The notes: generated by a model not told the origin, from the sequence alone. Counted from the stretch's first letter, positions 50,650-63,409 are shown. The stretch: 64,000 nucleotides of DNA from Felis catus (GCF_018350175.1 NC_058383.1:25298001-25362000); one strand, 5' to 3'. Numbers and translations: made by a program.

Positions 50650-50885
50650 CTAGAGCTACAGAAAAGTGGTCTCTGTTCAAATCCCAGTTCTGCTGCTTAG
50701 CAGTTGTATGATGCTAGTGAGTTCCTTAAACTTTCTCAGCCTCATTTTCCACATCCATCAAATGGAAATAATAATAGTTCCTAAATCTTAGAGTTATTAG
50801 AAGGATTCAATGGACAATTAAAGCAAAGCCCAGAGCACCATTTCTGACACCCTCTAAGCCCACAATAATTGACAGCTATCATTAT
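50650..50885 (+). mobile_element. MIR
   Basis: gttcaaatcccagttctgctgcttagcagttgtatga...cagcctcattttccacatccatcaaatggaaataataatag. Confidence 0.75.
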
Positions 50886-51199
50886 TTGGTCTGTGTTCAC
50901 ATCATCTTGGTTGTTGGCAAGACCTTCCAACTGACCTCCTTCTTGTTAGTCTTGCCCCCTTTCAGTCCATCCTTCCCCACAACACAGAGACCAAACTTGC
51001 AAAACCACAAATATAATTGTGTCACTGCCCTTTGCCTTTGAAGACAGTCCCAATTTACAAATAGGGAATTTGAAACTTGAAGAGACTAAGAAATTTGTCC
51101 AAGGTCATGCAAGTAATAAATGACAGGATTGGAACCCAGGTTCTTCATCTCCACATTCTGCCCCTTTGACCACATACTACACTGCAGGTGAAAAGAAAG

Positions 51200-51400
51200 G
51201 GAGGTAGATGGGATGGATGAATGAACAAATGGAACAACAGAAAGACAGAAAGGCAGAAGGATGGATGGACGTCTAGAAAGGATGGCAGACTCTAGAATGA
51301 AAGGATGGATGGACAGATGGATGGATGGATGGATGGGAGGATAGAAAGATAGCAGCATAGAAAGACAGAAGGATGAATGGATGGAAAGATGGAAAGATGC
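51200..51400. repeat. Degenerate (TGGA)/(GAAA) low-complexity repeat
   Basis: Directly visible. Confidence 0.8.
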
Positions 51401-51684
51401 CGGATTCTCTAAAGTTATATTCTCTTCTTCCCTCTGGCCTGGCCTTTCCTAGCAAGGGATTCTCTCATGGACACCTACCTGGGACATATGCTGAGAATGT
51501 AGCAAGCCCTATGGACACTTCCTCTTCCTGGCTCCTAGCTCCTAGTACCCTTTTCCTCCTGTCAGCTCAATCCCAAATCATCCCTAAACAAGTTCCCCTC
51601 GGTGATCAGCTTCAGTGAACTGGCCAATTCTGTCTTCTTCCAGAAGCTCAGGTGTTCTCATGACCAGGGACCAAATGTTATGTC

Positions 51685-51925
51685 TTAATAGCTAATATAC
51701 ACTAGGCATTTACTGTATGCTATTATAGAACTGTCTCATTTAATTTAAATGATACCCTTATAAAGTAGGTACTGTTATTTTCTACATTCTGAAGATGAAG
51801 AAACAGAATCACAGAGAATTTAAGTAATTTCCCCAAAGTTGCACAACTACAAACTGGTGGATGGATCCAGGATTAAACTCAAGCAATCAGACCCCAGGAC
51901 CTGCACGCATAATGACTGCACTATG
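51685..51925 (-). mobile_element. MIR
   Basis: agatgaagaaacagaatcacagagaatttaagtaatttccccaaagttgcacaact. Confidence 0.75.
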
Positions 51926-52269
51926 CTGCTGTGTTTCTTAGCTACCTCAGCTGCTAGCTGCATTTTCTGTATTTGGATGGATAAGTTGTTGCCAGGTCTG
52001 TGAGGGATGGAGTCACATTGTCTGTTCTGACCTTACCTAAGGCATTTCTCACACACCTGCCAATTTATACTAATTAATAGTCATGAACAGCTGCTGAACG
52101 CAGGTTATAGAATATATCACCATTACCAAACGAGAGCAATGTGTGCCAAAGATACCTCCCACATGGGATTAAAGGACCTCTGACATCTTGCCTAAGAAAA
52201 AACACTCCTATAGGAAACATGGCATAGTTGGGATAGAGGCGGGGGTGGTGGTAAGATCCATGGTGGTTT

Positions 52270-52485
52270 CAGAATCTGGCAAACTTAGATTCTAGCCCCA
52301 GCCCTGACATTCAGTTAAACTATGCAACCTTGAGCAAATTACTTAACATCCCTGAACCTCAGTTTTCTTACCTGCAAAACGGGGAGAAAATAGCAGCTAG
52401 TATGTATAGTTATAAGAATTAAATGAGAAAATATGTACAAAGGGCTTGGTACAACCAGAAGTACAAAAATGATAGCTATTGTGCT
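52270..52485 (+). mobile_element. MIR
   Basis: accttgagcaaattacttaacatccctgaacctcagttttcttacctgcaaaacgggg...taagaattaaatgag. Confidence 0.8.
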
Positions 52486-53880
52486 GGTTATATCATGCCT
52501 GTATCAGCCTCTCTCTGGGAAGATTATCTGCCTGGAAATTTTATGAACTATGGTAAATTGTAGGAAAATACCTCTCTATCATTAAGATGATATAGTATAT
52601 AGTAAATGATATAGTATAAAACCATCTGGAAAGAAAGGCTACATTTGTTCAATGTGTGCTTTTTTTTTTTAACAAAGAAAAATTTCAGTCAACTTTGACC
52701 AAAGGCCCAAGGCCCAAGGCCCTCACTCCCACTGCTCCTTTGTCTCCTCCCCAAAGGCCCCCCTGCCACCTACTACAGAATTAGTTGGGTGAGTTCCTCC
52801 TCTGGTTTGATTAGCTTCCACTTGTTAACTGACAGGGTTCAATGCAATTTAATTTCATTGGGAGGAAGTGGTTCAGAAATCAAGGTCATTTAATTTCTGA
52901 AAAGCAAGTGAAGGGTTGCCTTTCCCAAATGATCTTTCTGCCATCTATTCCCCTAAAATGAAAAGTACAGTGGTTAATACAATGGCTTCAAGGTCATATT
53001 AGATCACCTTTCCAAAAAAGAGAAGAATTCTTTCCAAGGGATTTTAATTAGGTTGAGTACAGCTAATTCTTCCTTTGCTACTTATTCCATTTCCTTTCCT
53101 TTCTGTAATTACTGCCAGTGTAACGCTCCTCACACACACAAATGGAGCTGAAGAAAGACATGCGATTATCCTTTATTTCTCCTTCATACAAGAAAGGTGG
53201 TTGTTATCCGCTGCATTCAGTCTTTGTAAATCTGAGGACTATGGTCCTAATAGCCTTACACACATGAGTGTCAGCATCATTATAAGAAGTGAGGGGGTTC
53301 CCAATGTGATCGTAAAACTGTGACACACAATTCTCCCCTCCACCTGGTCGATATAAAATGATTAGGTATCAGGACAAAGAAAATCAAGTCATGTGCATGT
53401 TGTCGATCAATAGACATGTATCAAGTGCCTACCAAGGGCTCAGTAGGGTGTTCAGTGCATGGGAGTGGGGGCTGCAAAAGAGACTAAGGAGCTAGGTTTG
53501 GTGAGACAGACAATTAGCAGGTAAGATAAATCAATAATATGCAACTTGGTCCTGAACAGCAAAGGCACTGTGCAGTACTGGTGATGGGGGTTAGGGGAAG
53601 ACAACCAAAATGCTCTATAGAAGAGGTGAGTCTTGAATTGATCTTGGAAGCACAAATAAGTTTCAGATCATTCATTATTTAAATATTTCCTGAGCGCCTA
53701 ATATATAGTGGACACTGTCTAAGTACTTTACATATGATATTTCATTATTTGTTACTTCAGTCCTGAGGAGCAGGTGCTATCCTTGCACCCACTTCACAGA
53801 TAGTGAAACTAAGGCTCAGAGACATTTAGCAAACTGCTCAAGGACACATAATAGTGGTAGAGCTGGGATTTATGCACAAG

Positions 53881-54100
53881 TTTTTCTTTTTTTTTCATGT
53901 TTATTTATTTTTGAGAGACAGAGAGAAAGAGAGCACAAGTAGGGGAGAGGCAGAGAGAGAGAGAGAGAGAATGAATCTGAAAGCTCCAGGCTCCAGGCTG
54001 TAAGCACAGAGCCCAATGCGGGGCTTGAACTCATGAACCGTGAGATCATGACCTGAAGTGAAGTCAGACGCTTAACTGACTGAGCCACCACAGGTGCCCC
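53881..54100 (-). mobile_element. Can-SINE inserted in a MIR
   Basis: Full head and tail; degenerate TSD tatgcacaag/tacacacaag. Confidence 0.93.
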
Positions 54101-54237
54101 TACACACAAGATTTTCTGATTCCAGACCCCAAGACAAAAAGAAATAGAAGACCCTATGACCCAGTAATAATAATACTACCCAAAGACACCAATTCAAATG
54201 GATATATGAACAATACTACCCAAAAATACCAATTCAA

Positions 54238-54458
54238 GGGGCGCCTGGGTGGCTCAGTCGGTTAAATGTCTGACTTCGACTCAGGTCACGATCTTGTGGC
54301 TCGTGAGTTCAAGCCCCGCGTCGGGCTCTGTGCTGACAGCTTGGAGCTTGGAGCCTGCTTCCGATTCTGTGTCTCCCTCTCTCTCTGACCCTCCCCCCAC
54401 TCATGCTCTGTCTCTCTCTGTCTCAAAAATAAATAAACGTTAAAAAAAATTTTTTTTA
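54238..54458 (+). mobile_element. Can-SINE (SINEC_Fc-like)
   Basis: TSD aaaaatac(c/t)aattcaa at 54222-54237 and 54459-54474. Confidence 0.95.
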
Positions 54459-54572
54459 AAAAATACTAATTCAAATAGATATATGCACCCCTGTTTATTG
54501 CAGCATTAACAATAGCCACATTACGAGAGCAGGCCAAGTGTCCATTAATAGATGAATGGATAAAGAAGATGT

Positions 54573-54574
<2 letters not shown>

Positions 54575-54612
<38 letters not shown>
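54575..54612. repeat. (TA)n microsatellite
   Basis: Directly visible. Confidence 0.95.
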
Positions 54613-54615
<3 letters not shown>

Positions 54616-55659
54616 TATAACTAATAGATATAGCTAATATATACATATAGTTAATACAGTATATAGCTACATTATGTATGTATACCTTATATACATACAT
54701 ATATATATGGCAGAATATTATCTAACCATAAAAAAGAATGAAATCTTGAAATCTTGCCATTTGCAACAACATGGGTGGAGCTAGAGAGTATAATGCTAAG
54801 CAAAGTAAGTCAGAGAAAGGCAAATACCATATATGGAATTCACTCATATGTGGAATTTAAGAAACAAAACAAATGAACAAAGGAGAAAAAAAGAGACAAA
54901 CCAAAAAACGGACTCTTAACTATAGAGAATAAACTGATGGTTACCAGAGGGTAGATTTAGGGAGGAATGGGTGAAACAGAGATGTGATTAAAGAATACAT
55001 TATCATGATGAGCACTGAGTAATGAATAGAATTGTTGAATCACTATTTTGTACACCTGAAACTAATATAACACTGTTAACCAAAGTGCAATTAAAATTAA
55101 AAATTTAACAAAAATGAAAAATAAGTAAATAAAAGGATGTGTTTTTTAAAAAAGGAGAGAAGAATGGAACCCACTGAGAAAGGAGAGATTGTACAGTTTC
55201 TTTAGATATGGAACAAAACTGGAACAGAACCTTTATTTACAGTGTCCACAAGCCAATTCTGTGATGTGTCTCCTCAGATACTTCTAATAGTGCTTTATTT
55301 TCATCATAGCACTTGTCAGTCCCTGCTATTTTTTGCTTTGATTGTTTATTTGTTTCATCAATCTCCCCTTCCCTCTAGGATGTGAACTCCAAGAGCAGAA
55401 GGCCATATCTGGTTTGATTACTACAGACTACTCAGCACTAGTTCTCTGACTGGCACACAACAGGGGGTCAACAAGTACATATGGAACGACAGACTGAATC
55501 TCATTTCCCAAGAGCCAAGGGAAGGAGGATGTTACATTATAAACTCCTACCCAAGACAATCTCCCTGACTCTCGTTTGCCCCACAGTGTTACCAGCACCT
55601 AGGACAGTGCCCACAGCAGGTGGCAGCTACTTCTTGACTGTAGAAAGTTTGAAGAAAGT

Positions 55660-55845
55660 AAAAGGGGGGGGGGGAGAGAAATGGAAGGAGGGAGGGAGGG
55701 AAGAAGGAAGGAAACAAGGAAGAGAGAAAGAAAGAAAAGAAAAAAAGAAAGGAGGGAGGGAGGGAAGGGGGGAGGGAGGAAGGAAGGGAGGAAGGAAGGA
55801 AGGAAGGAAGGAAGGAAGGAAGGAAGGAAGGAAGGAAGGAAGGAA
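55660..55845. repeat. Polypurine tract ending in (GGAA)14
   Basis: Directly visible; pure GGAA at 55790-55845. Confidence 0.95.
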
Positions 55846-56689
55846 TCAGCTGGGGCAGAAAGGCATTCATCAATTTAGCAGAAAGCAGATTCAAGTCAGC
55901 TAAATTATTATTCCCACTCACTGACAGACTGAGCCACCTTGCTAGAGGACAAGCCAGAGAAAATTCACTGCCCTGAATCCATTCTCAAAGTGACCCAAAT
56001 GCCTGGCTGTTCCATAACCCTGATGATTCTCCTCTGTGTATATCACCCTGAACTGATGCGAAAGAGAAAAGTGCCCTCTGGACCCTGAATATATCACCAC
56101 AAACGTGGGTTGTCTTTTCATTAATTTGTGTTTTCCTAGGAAATATTTATTCATGTAGTTTCTATTTGGGCAATTATTGAAATTGTGTCTAATTACATGA
56201 TGATGGTAAATAATAATAATAATAATCACCTAGCTGCAACATGCTCTGTTTCTATTATGGGTAAGGATTTTGTGCAATTTACTACGACATATTCTAAGGT
56301 AGCAGTTCTGATTAGGAAGGATGAAAGGTGTCATTTTAAATATTTGGTTGAGTTATCACTATTCCTACCCAACTGCTATGCAGGAAACATCCTGTATCTT
56401 TTTTTTTATCTAGTCCTAGGGCTCTACTCTTTAAATATTATGACCATGACTACTATTAATAATAGCCACTCTTAATTCAGCATTTACAGTGTGCCAGATC
56501 CACTTAAAATCCAAATTAAAATGCAGTGCAAACTCAAGTGCCTTCAGAGACCAAGAAAGTATGGTAAATGACTGAAGTAGGCTGGGCTGGAGAGACAATA
56601 GAGAGCAGTGTGGTCTGAGGTGAACTGTAGCTTGCATGCCTGGTCCAAAGAAGACAATACCACTCACCTACAGCTGAGAATCGCCATTT

Positions 56690-56815
56690 GGAGATGTGGG
56701 AATGGTGCTGCCAATTCTTCTGACTTTTCAGGAGAAGCCAGAAATATGGGTTTGCATATGAAATTCCCAGATTTTTTAAACTACTGTGTGTGCCAACAGT
56801 CTGTGCGCCGCCTGT
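56690..56815. mobile_element. hAT-Charlie fossil (MER103-like)
   Basis: gccaattcttctgacttttcaggagaagccagaaatatgggtttgcatatgaaattcccagatttttt. Confidence 0.55.
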
Positions 56816-58381
56816 TTATCACCCTTTAATCTCAGGCATCCTCTGTCAGAAGCTTCTGGAAAAGACTGTTCTTTGAACAGGGGCTGTGTAGACGTTGTTG
56901 ACTGTGGTGTGGGGGAAGGAAAGGAAACACTGCAACTAATGTGGAGCCAATGTGAAGGCTGTGAGAGGCCATTTCTCATTTTTATTTAAATCTCATGGAA
57001 GTAATTTCAGAGAACAATGAAATATCATCAGAAGTCTGGTCAGAGAGGACAGGCGGGTGAAGGGGATGGATATAATTACTGGCAGCACTGATAAGGAGAG
57101 CCAGGGACAGACAAGCCAGAGTCATGAAGAAAACTGTCCTTCTCCGATGGCCCCCACTTTGGATGCAAGGGGGTGCCACATGCCCATGGGGCCGGCTAAG
57201 ATGTCTGGATCTACAGAGAAGGGGTGCCAGGCTATCCAAGTCAGATCCCACAAGACCAGGAACAGAAAGGCTGACCCTAGCTTTTATGTAACAGGGGAAG
57301 AGTCCCCATGCTTCTTCCATCTCAATTTAAGCATCATGACTCAAGGAAGTCATCTGACCAAGTTCCATACTCTTGATATTCCCTCTCTATAGGACCCCAT
57401 ACTTCCCCTTGGTAACATTCATTACACATATGATTATCTGCTTATGTCAAATCCACTTTCCCTCATGGATATGAGAATAGGGATTTTATCTGACTTTTTT
57501 ACCATGATATCCCTAGCACCCAGAGTGCCTGACATAGCGGGGGCTCAATAAATTATGGCTTCTAAACGAACCAGTGAATGAACAGTCTTTTGACTTTAGG
57601 CAGAAGTTACTTAATAACACAATACCTCACCTGTGAAACAGGGACAATAATACTACCTCTCAGAATTGTTGTCTTCTCTGCACCAAAACCCAAGGAAAAT
57701 TTCTACACTGTGTATTTCATGTGTTCTCCAGAAAAGGTCTATGAAGTAAGTCCTCAGGTTTTTATATCCCAACATTGCACTGAGGAAACCAAGACTTATA
57801 AAGGTTAAATGACTTGCCTAAGATCATACAGCTGGGGAGTAACACAAGGGAGATTCTAACCTGTTTGAAGTCTGTTTGAGTCTTTTTCACTTTTCCACAG
57901 AAATTTAGAGTGAGAAAGCCACTTTATCACTGATGGGAACCAAAGCAAACTTCACAGGAGGCACATTTACCCTGGGTCCTGAAGAGTTTAAGAGAGCCTG
58001 AAAGGCAAAGGAAGCAGACAAAGTATTCAAGGTGGAAGGAACAACTCAATCAAAAGTGAAGAAATATCAGGTCAGTTGAAGGACTAGTGGGTGGATCATT
58101 TGAGATAAAGGGGAGTCCTGAGCAAGGTTGAAACTATATTGTGAAAACTTTGAATCAACTCATCCTCTCAACAATTATTTATTGAGTGCTTGACATGTAA
58201 AGCATTGTGTCAGGTGATAGGGAGAGGGAGCAAAGCACACTGGCTTCCTGTCCCCATGGAGCTGATGCTCTAGCAACCTGCTACACTGAGTCCATAGCAT
58301 TGTGGCCAGGACCAAATGAAGAAGTAGGAAGAAATTACTTTGAAAAGCTAAACTGTGTTATTTAAATTCTCTCCTCTCTTC

Positions 58382-58870
58382 TGCTATGTCAGATAGATGG
58401 TTCATGGTCATTAAGTGAAAACTCTAGTTCAAACTGGCTTTCACAGAAACAGAATTCATTAACCCAGGTAAAAGAAAAAATAGAGAGTAATCTGGCCCTT
58501 GTCCCAAGGACTTAACCAAGTGAGCAGAACAAAGCTGAACAGCACTCTGCTCAGCTTCCCTGTGTGTGTGCGCTTCATTCCCAGACAACCTGGCCGCTCT
58601 CAACAGCTCCAGACCTTACCTTCTCACCTTCTCACCTTCACATCCTACTGAGATGAAGCTCCTCTTTCTCAACAGCTGAATCCAAGTTCAACTCTCATCG
58701 GCCAGAAAGTGACCACATGCTCACCTCAGAATCAATCACTATACCCACAGGGATGGGATATGCTAATTTTCTTAGCTAGCCGGAACCTCCTTTTTGCTGA
58801 ACCAAGCAAAACAAACGAACAAAAACATAAGCTAAGACTTAAGGAAGAAGGGTTCTTAAAAGAAAATTCT
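58382..58870 (-). mobile_element. Old MaLR LTR (MLT1K-like)
   Basis: aaactctagttcaaactggcttt...caacagctccagaccttac...gaccacatgctcacctcagaatcaatcact. Confidence 0.55.
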
Positions 58871-58874
58871 GTCA

Positions 58875-60203
58875 GACAGCCACATGCAAAACAATGAAAC
58901 TATCTCAAATCATACACAAAAATTAACTCAAAATAGATTACAGACTTAAATGTAAGACCTGAAACCATAAAACTCCTAGAAGAAAATGTGAGTGGTAAAC
59001 TCTTCAACATAGGTCTTGAAGATGATTTTTTCAACCTGACATCATAAACAGGTGGGACTATACCAAACTAAAAATCTTCTACACAGCGAAAGAAACCATC
59101 AACAAAATGAAAAGGCAACCTACTGAATGAGAAAAAAAATATTTGTAAATCATATATCTGGTAAGGAGATAATATCCTAAAATATAAAGAATTCATACAA
59201 CTCAATAAAAAGAAACACATACAAATAACCCAATTTAAAAATGGGCAGAAAATCTGAACAGACACTTTTCCAAAGAAGACATAAGACCTACAGATGGCCA
59301 ACTGGTACCTGAAAAGATGCTCTACATCATTAATCATCGGAGAAATGCAAATCAAAACCACAATGAGGTATCACCTCATACCAATCAGAATAACTATTAT
59401 CAAAAAGACTAGAAATAGGGGCGCCTGGGTGGCGCAGTTGGTTAAGCGTCCGACTTCAGCCAGGTCACGATCTCGCGGTCCGTGAGTTCGAGCCCCGCGT
59501 CGGGCTCTGGGCTGATGGCTCAGAGCCTGGAGCCTGTTTCTGATTCTGTGTCTCCCTCTCTCTCTGCCCCTCCCCCATTCATGCTCTGTCTCTCTCTGTC
59601 CCAAAAATAAATAAACATTGAAAAAAAAATTAAAAAAAAAAAAAAGACTAGAAATAAAAAGTGTTGGTGAGGATGTGGAGAAAAAAGAATGCTTGGGCAC
59701 AAATGATAAGAATGTAAATTGGTGAAGCCAGTGTGAAAAACAGTACAGAGGTTCCTAAAAAAATGTAAAATAGAACTACGATATGATCCAGTAATTCTAC
59801 TTCTGGGTATTTATCCACACAAAACAACAATACTAACTTGAAAAGATATCAGCACCCTCATGTTCACTGCTGCATTATTCATAATAGCCAAGATATAGAA
59901 ATAACCTAAGTATCCATTAATGGATGAATGGATAAAGAAATTGTGAAATATTATATAATGGAATATTATTTAGCCATAAAAAAGGAATGAAATCTTGCCA
60001 TTTGAAACAACATGGATGGGCCTCAAGGTCATTATACTAAGTGAAATAAGTCAGAGAGAGAAAGACAAATACCATATGATCTAAATTTCATGTGAAATCT
60101 AAAAAAAAAAAAATTTTTTTTTCACAAACAGAAAACCAAGCTCACAGATAGATACAGAGAACAGATTTGTGGTTGCCAGAGGCAGGGGGTGGGAGAAATA
60201 GAT
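58875..60203 (+). mobile_element. L1 fragment: degenerate ORF2 C-terminus and 3'UTR, interrupted by a SINE
   Basis: Peptide MANWYLKRCSTSLIIGEMQIKTTMRYHLIPIRITIIKK (59294) matches the L1 ORF2p C-terminal region; KCW*GCGE follows the SINE; multiple stops and frameshifts. Confidence 0.93.
59418..59640 (+). mobile_element. Young Can-SINE (SINEC_Fc-like)
   Basis: Perfect TSD aaaaagactagaaata at 59402-59417 and 59641-59656; CpG-rich. Confidence 0.96.
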
Positions 60204-60591
60204 GACCCGTAGCTGTTTTTTTTCTAGATTAAATAAACTGAATTTACAAAAAGAAAAGAAAACTCTTGGGATAATTTTACCAGAAGAATGGTAGATTCTG
60301 GAAATCAAAGCATAGCAGTCCTCTATTACCAGCAGGTTTGTGATCTTAAAATTTTTCACATTATCAAAAATCATATTATAAATACAAGGTCAGACTTGCA
60401 AAGCCAGAGTTGTATGTGTGGCGGGGGGGGGGGGGTAGAGGGGGGAGGGATTTGGCAGAAATTTCACTAACAAGGTTTTCTTTTGTAAGGTAGATATATT
60501 TATTTGTCACTGCAAGCTATAAAACTGACAAGACACTGCTGAGCAAATCCTCAGCAGTACTTGAGATCAGACCCAAATCAATGAGCCTCGA

Positions 60592-60870
60592 GAGTGGTGG
60601 CTCTCAACTTTGGCTGCACATTAAATTACCAGAAGAGGTCTTAAAAATGCATATGCCCAAGCCTCACCCACAGTGATTCTGATTTAATCTGATTTGGGGT
60701 GTGGTCAGCTTGTGGGTATTTTAATTAAAACAGTGGGTCTCAACTTTGGCCACAATTAGAATCACTTGGAGAGTTTTTAAAAATCCTAAAGTCCAGGCTA
60801 CAACCCAGACCAATTTCATCAGAATTCATGGAGGTGGGACACAGGCATCAGTATATGTTGAAGCTCCCAT
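60592..60870. mobile_element. Two adjacent MER5-type hAT fossils
   Basis: Both begin ...ctctcaactttggctgcacatta / ...gtctcaactttggccacaattagaatcac; gattctgatttaat and cccagaccaatttcatcagaat motifs. Confidence 0.75.
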
Positions 60871-61189
60871 AAGCATCATGGTAGTAACCAAAGGGAACTT
60901 AAAGAATATGTCCCCAGCAAGCAGACAACTGCTCTATGAAGCAGATGTGTGCTCCTTTGCAACGTATGAGATGATTTTTCTTTTGATATCCATGATCTGG
61001 TTCCCAATTTTGTTCCCACTATATACAATAGAGGTCTGAGTTAGGCAAGCCATGTCCATTAACTTAACTGATGGCATCAGATCCATTTCTCAGTATGAAA
61101 ACCTGTGTGGAAGGACAGCTAATTTTCATGGCTCACACATGAGATACCACAAGCCACCAGCATTGTCAATGAGTCAAGTTAGGGATTTT

Positions 61190-61420
61190 CATTAAAAGCT
61201 AATATTAAATAAGGGCTTAAGTTTCTTCCAGACCCTGTTCTAAGCAGTCAACATAGCCATGATTTATTTAATCTTCAGACAACCCTATGTTATCATTATC
61301 CCAATATTACAGACAAGGAAACCAAGACAGAGGTTCAATGACTGGCCCAAGATCCCATGGCTAAGAAGTGGTTGAGCCAGGATTTGAATCTCATAAGTCT
61401 GTACACTTAATGTCTATGTT
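61190..61420 (-). mobile_element. MIR
   Basis: attacagacaaggaaaccaagacagaggttcaatgactggcccaagatcccatggctaagaagtgg...gccaggatttgaatc. Confidence 0.75.
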
Positions 61421-61880
61421 GTAGCAAGCGTGGAAGTTAAAAGGAATGTTCAATGCATCTGACTATATTGCCACCCAGAGTGACCACATTCACACACCAT
61501 GAAGGAACTCTCCCCTGTGTTCTCATTAAAGACAGTGCTAGTGGCCTCTGGACTGGCGGCCTTTCAGATTAGGTCCACAGGGTTCCCTCTTTCATCCACT
61601 GGCTCAAATGATTTGACAAGGCTAAAGATACTTCAAGGGGAGGAGGGTGAGATAAAGGGAATGGATATTCACCACTCTCATGCCTCAATATCTCTGCTCA
61701 AAAAAAGATGTTTTCTCTTCATCTCTTTCTCTATTAACTGCAATTTCACCTGTGTGACTCAGCTCAGGATTAGCATCCCCTCTAAGAAATGTCCCCTCCT
61801 TCAAACACTTCTTACTCCCAGGTTTTCCTTCTTTCTCCAATGAAGTGTAGAGCAAACAATTTTCATATTAACAGAGAGTC

Positions 61881-62090
61881 AGAGTGCCTGGGTGGCTCAG
61901 TCGGTTAAGCATCCTGACTTCAGCTCAGGTCATGATCTCACTGTTCGTGGGTTCAAGCCCCTCATCAGGCTCTGTGCTGACAGCTTGAAGCCTGGAGTCT
62001 GCTTCAGATTCTGTGTCTCCCTCTGTCTCTGCCCCCGCCCCTGCTTGCACTCTGTCTCTTTCTCAAAAATAATTAATACATTTTAAAAAA
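61881..62090 (+). mobile_element. Can-SINE
   Basis: gtgcctgggtggctcagtcggttaagcatcctgacttcagctcaggtcatgatc...A tail. Confidence 0.92.
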
Positions 62091-62112
62091 GAGAGAGTTG
62101 AGACTCAGAGCA

Positions 62113-62318
62113 GGGGACACTTGGGTGGCTCAGTCTGTTAAGCCTCTGACTTGATTTCGGCTCAGGTCATAATCTTGCAGTTAGTGAGTTCAAGCCCTGA
62201 ATCAGGCTCTGAACTAAAAGTGCAGAGCCTGCTTGGGGTTCTCTCCATCAGCCCCTCACACATGCTCTCATGCATGCTCTGTCTCTCAAAATAAATAAAT
62301 AAACTTTTAAAAAAAAAA
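62113..62318 (+). mobile_element. Can-SINE directly downstream of the previous one
   Basis: ggggacacttgggtggctcagtctgttaag...aaataaataaataaac; TSD core agttgagact on both sides. Confidence 0.9.
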
Positions 62319-63409
62319 GTTGAGACTGGGGCAAGGGCTGCAATTGTTTAGTAAAACCACCCTGAAGAACAATTTTGGTTGTGAAAAGATGATCCTCAGA
62401 GTCTGGAAGTATTAAAACATCCATGAAAAACTGAAGGTCTCTTTATAACAATGTGGGGGGAATTTGGAAGCTGCTGGGAAAAATCAGTAGCAAGGATGGG
62501 AGATTTTTGGAGGTAATGGATAACAGTGTGGCTCCTGGAAAGGAAACCTGAAGAATGATGTTAGCAAAAGATAAGTCCCCTCATATTCTGGCAGATCTGG
62601 GAGAGGGATCTTACAGCAGGATGTACTCTTAAGCCACACTGGCTATGCTTTAATTGAACCCCTTTTATTACCTCTCTTTCTTTCCCCTCCCCCACAAAAC
62701 AATGTTAAGTGAATGTTGACTTTATGCAGTTCTCTTGGTTGACTGGCATTTTGGAAAGGCAAGGGAAAGTAGCTTTGTTGCATATTTGGGCTTATACAGA
62801 AAAAGAGAAGAGCACAGCCACAGAAAGAAAAAGACAAATGTACCCAAAAGTAATGGAAATTAGAACTGGAGATATGAACAGAAGCCATAAAATTTAGGAA
62901 AATCTTGGGGAAGACTAATCCAGGAGCATGATATGCAGTTAGGGATATGAGCCAATGTTATTTAATTCTCAAAAGACAAGGCAACCTCAGCTATTATTTT
63001 AGTGACACAAGGTTTCTTTTAATAATGGGTTTGAAAAGGCACTAATCTCTCCTTTACAAGTTGCCAACATTATACAAGAAACTTGAACAAGCAACTTTTT
63101 TAATAATCCTGATTCTGGCCATAATGAACCATTTTAAGCACTGCAAACACTTCACATTTTGATTCCCCTACAGATTTTTATACATTTTTCCATCTGCCTG
63201 AAACAAACATGCCCAACATCTTTGCCTATTTTAATTTCTTCTATTCTTTCAGATCTAACCTTAGCTGTCACTTCCTCTGATGTTTAGTAAGGATGCTTTA
63301 GACTGCCAGGAGAAAACAAAATTCAACTCAAAATGGCTTGAACAAAAGGATATTTATTATTGAATTTGATACCTTGTAAATGCCACTCTGATCCTCTCAA
63401 TGCATTGCA

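Larger units (their letters stand above)
54135..55135 (+). mobile_element. Carnivore L1 3' end (ORF2 tail and 3'UTR) interrupted by a SINE and (TA)n
   Basis: ccctatgacccagtaat; ccaagtgtccattaatagatgaatggataaagaagatgtgg; atagagaataaactgatggttaccagaggg; tgtacacctgaaactaatataaca; A-rich end. Confidence 0.88.

Noticed and set aside
56847..56880. Palindrome cagaagcttctg and hairpin ctgttc-ttt-gaacag
   Set aside because: 6-bp arms are expected by chance in 64 kb
59068..59830. L1-derived ORFs as a functional retrotransposon
   Set aside because: Only the ORF2 C-terminus is present, with stops, frameshifts and a SINE insertion
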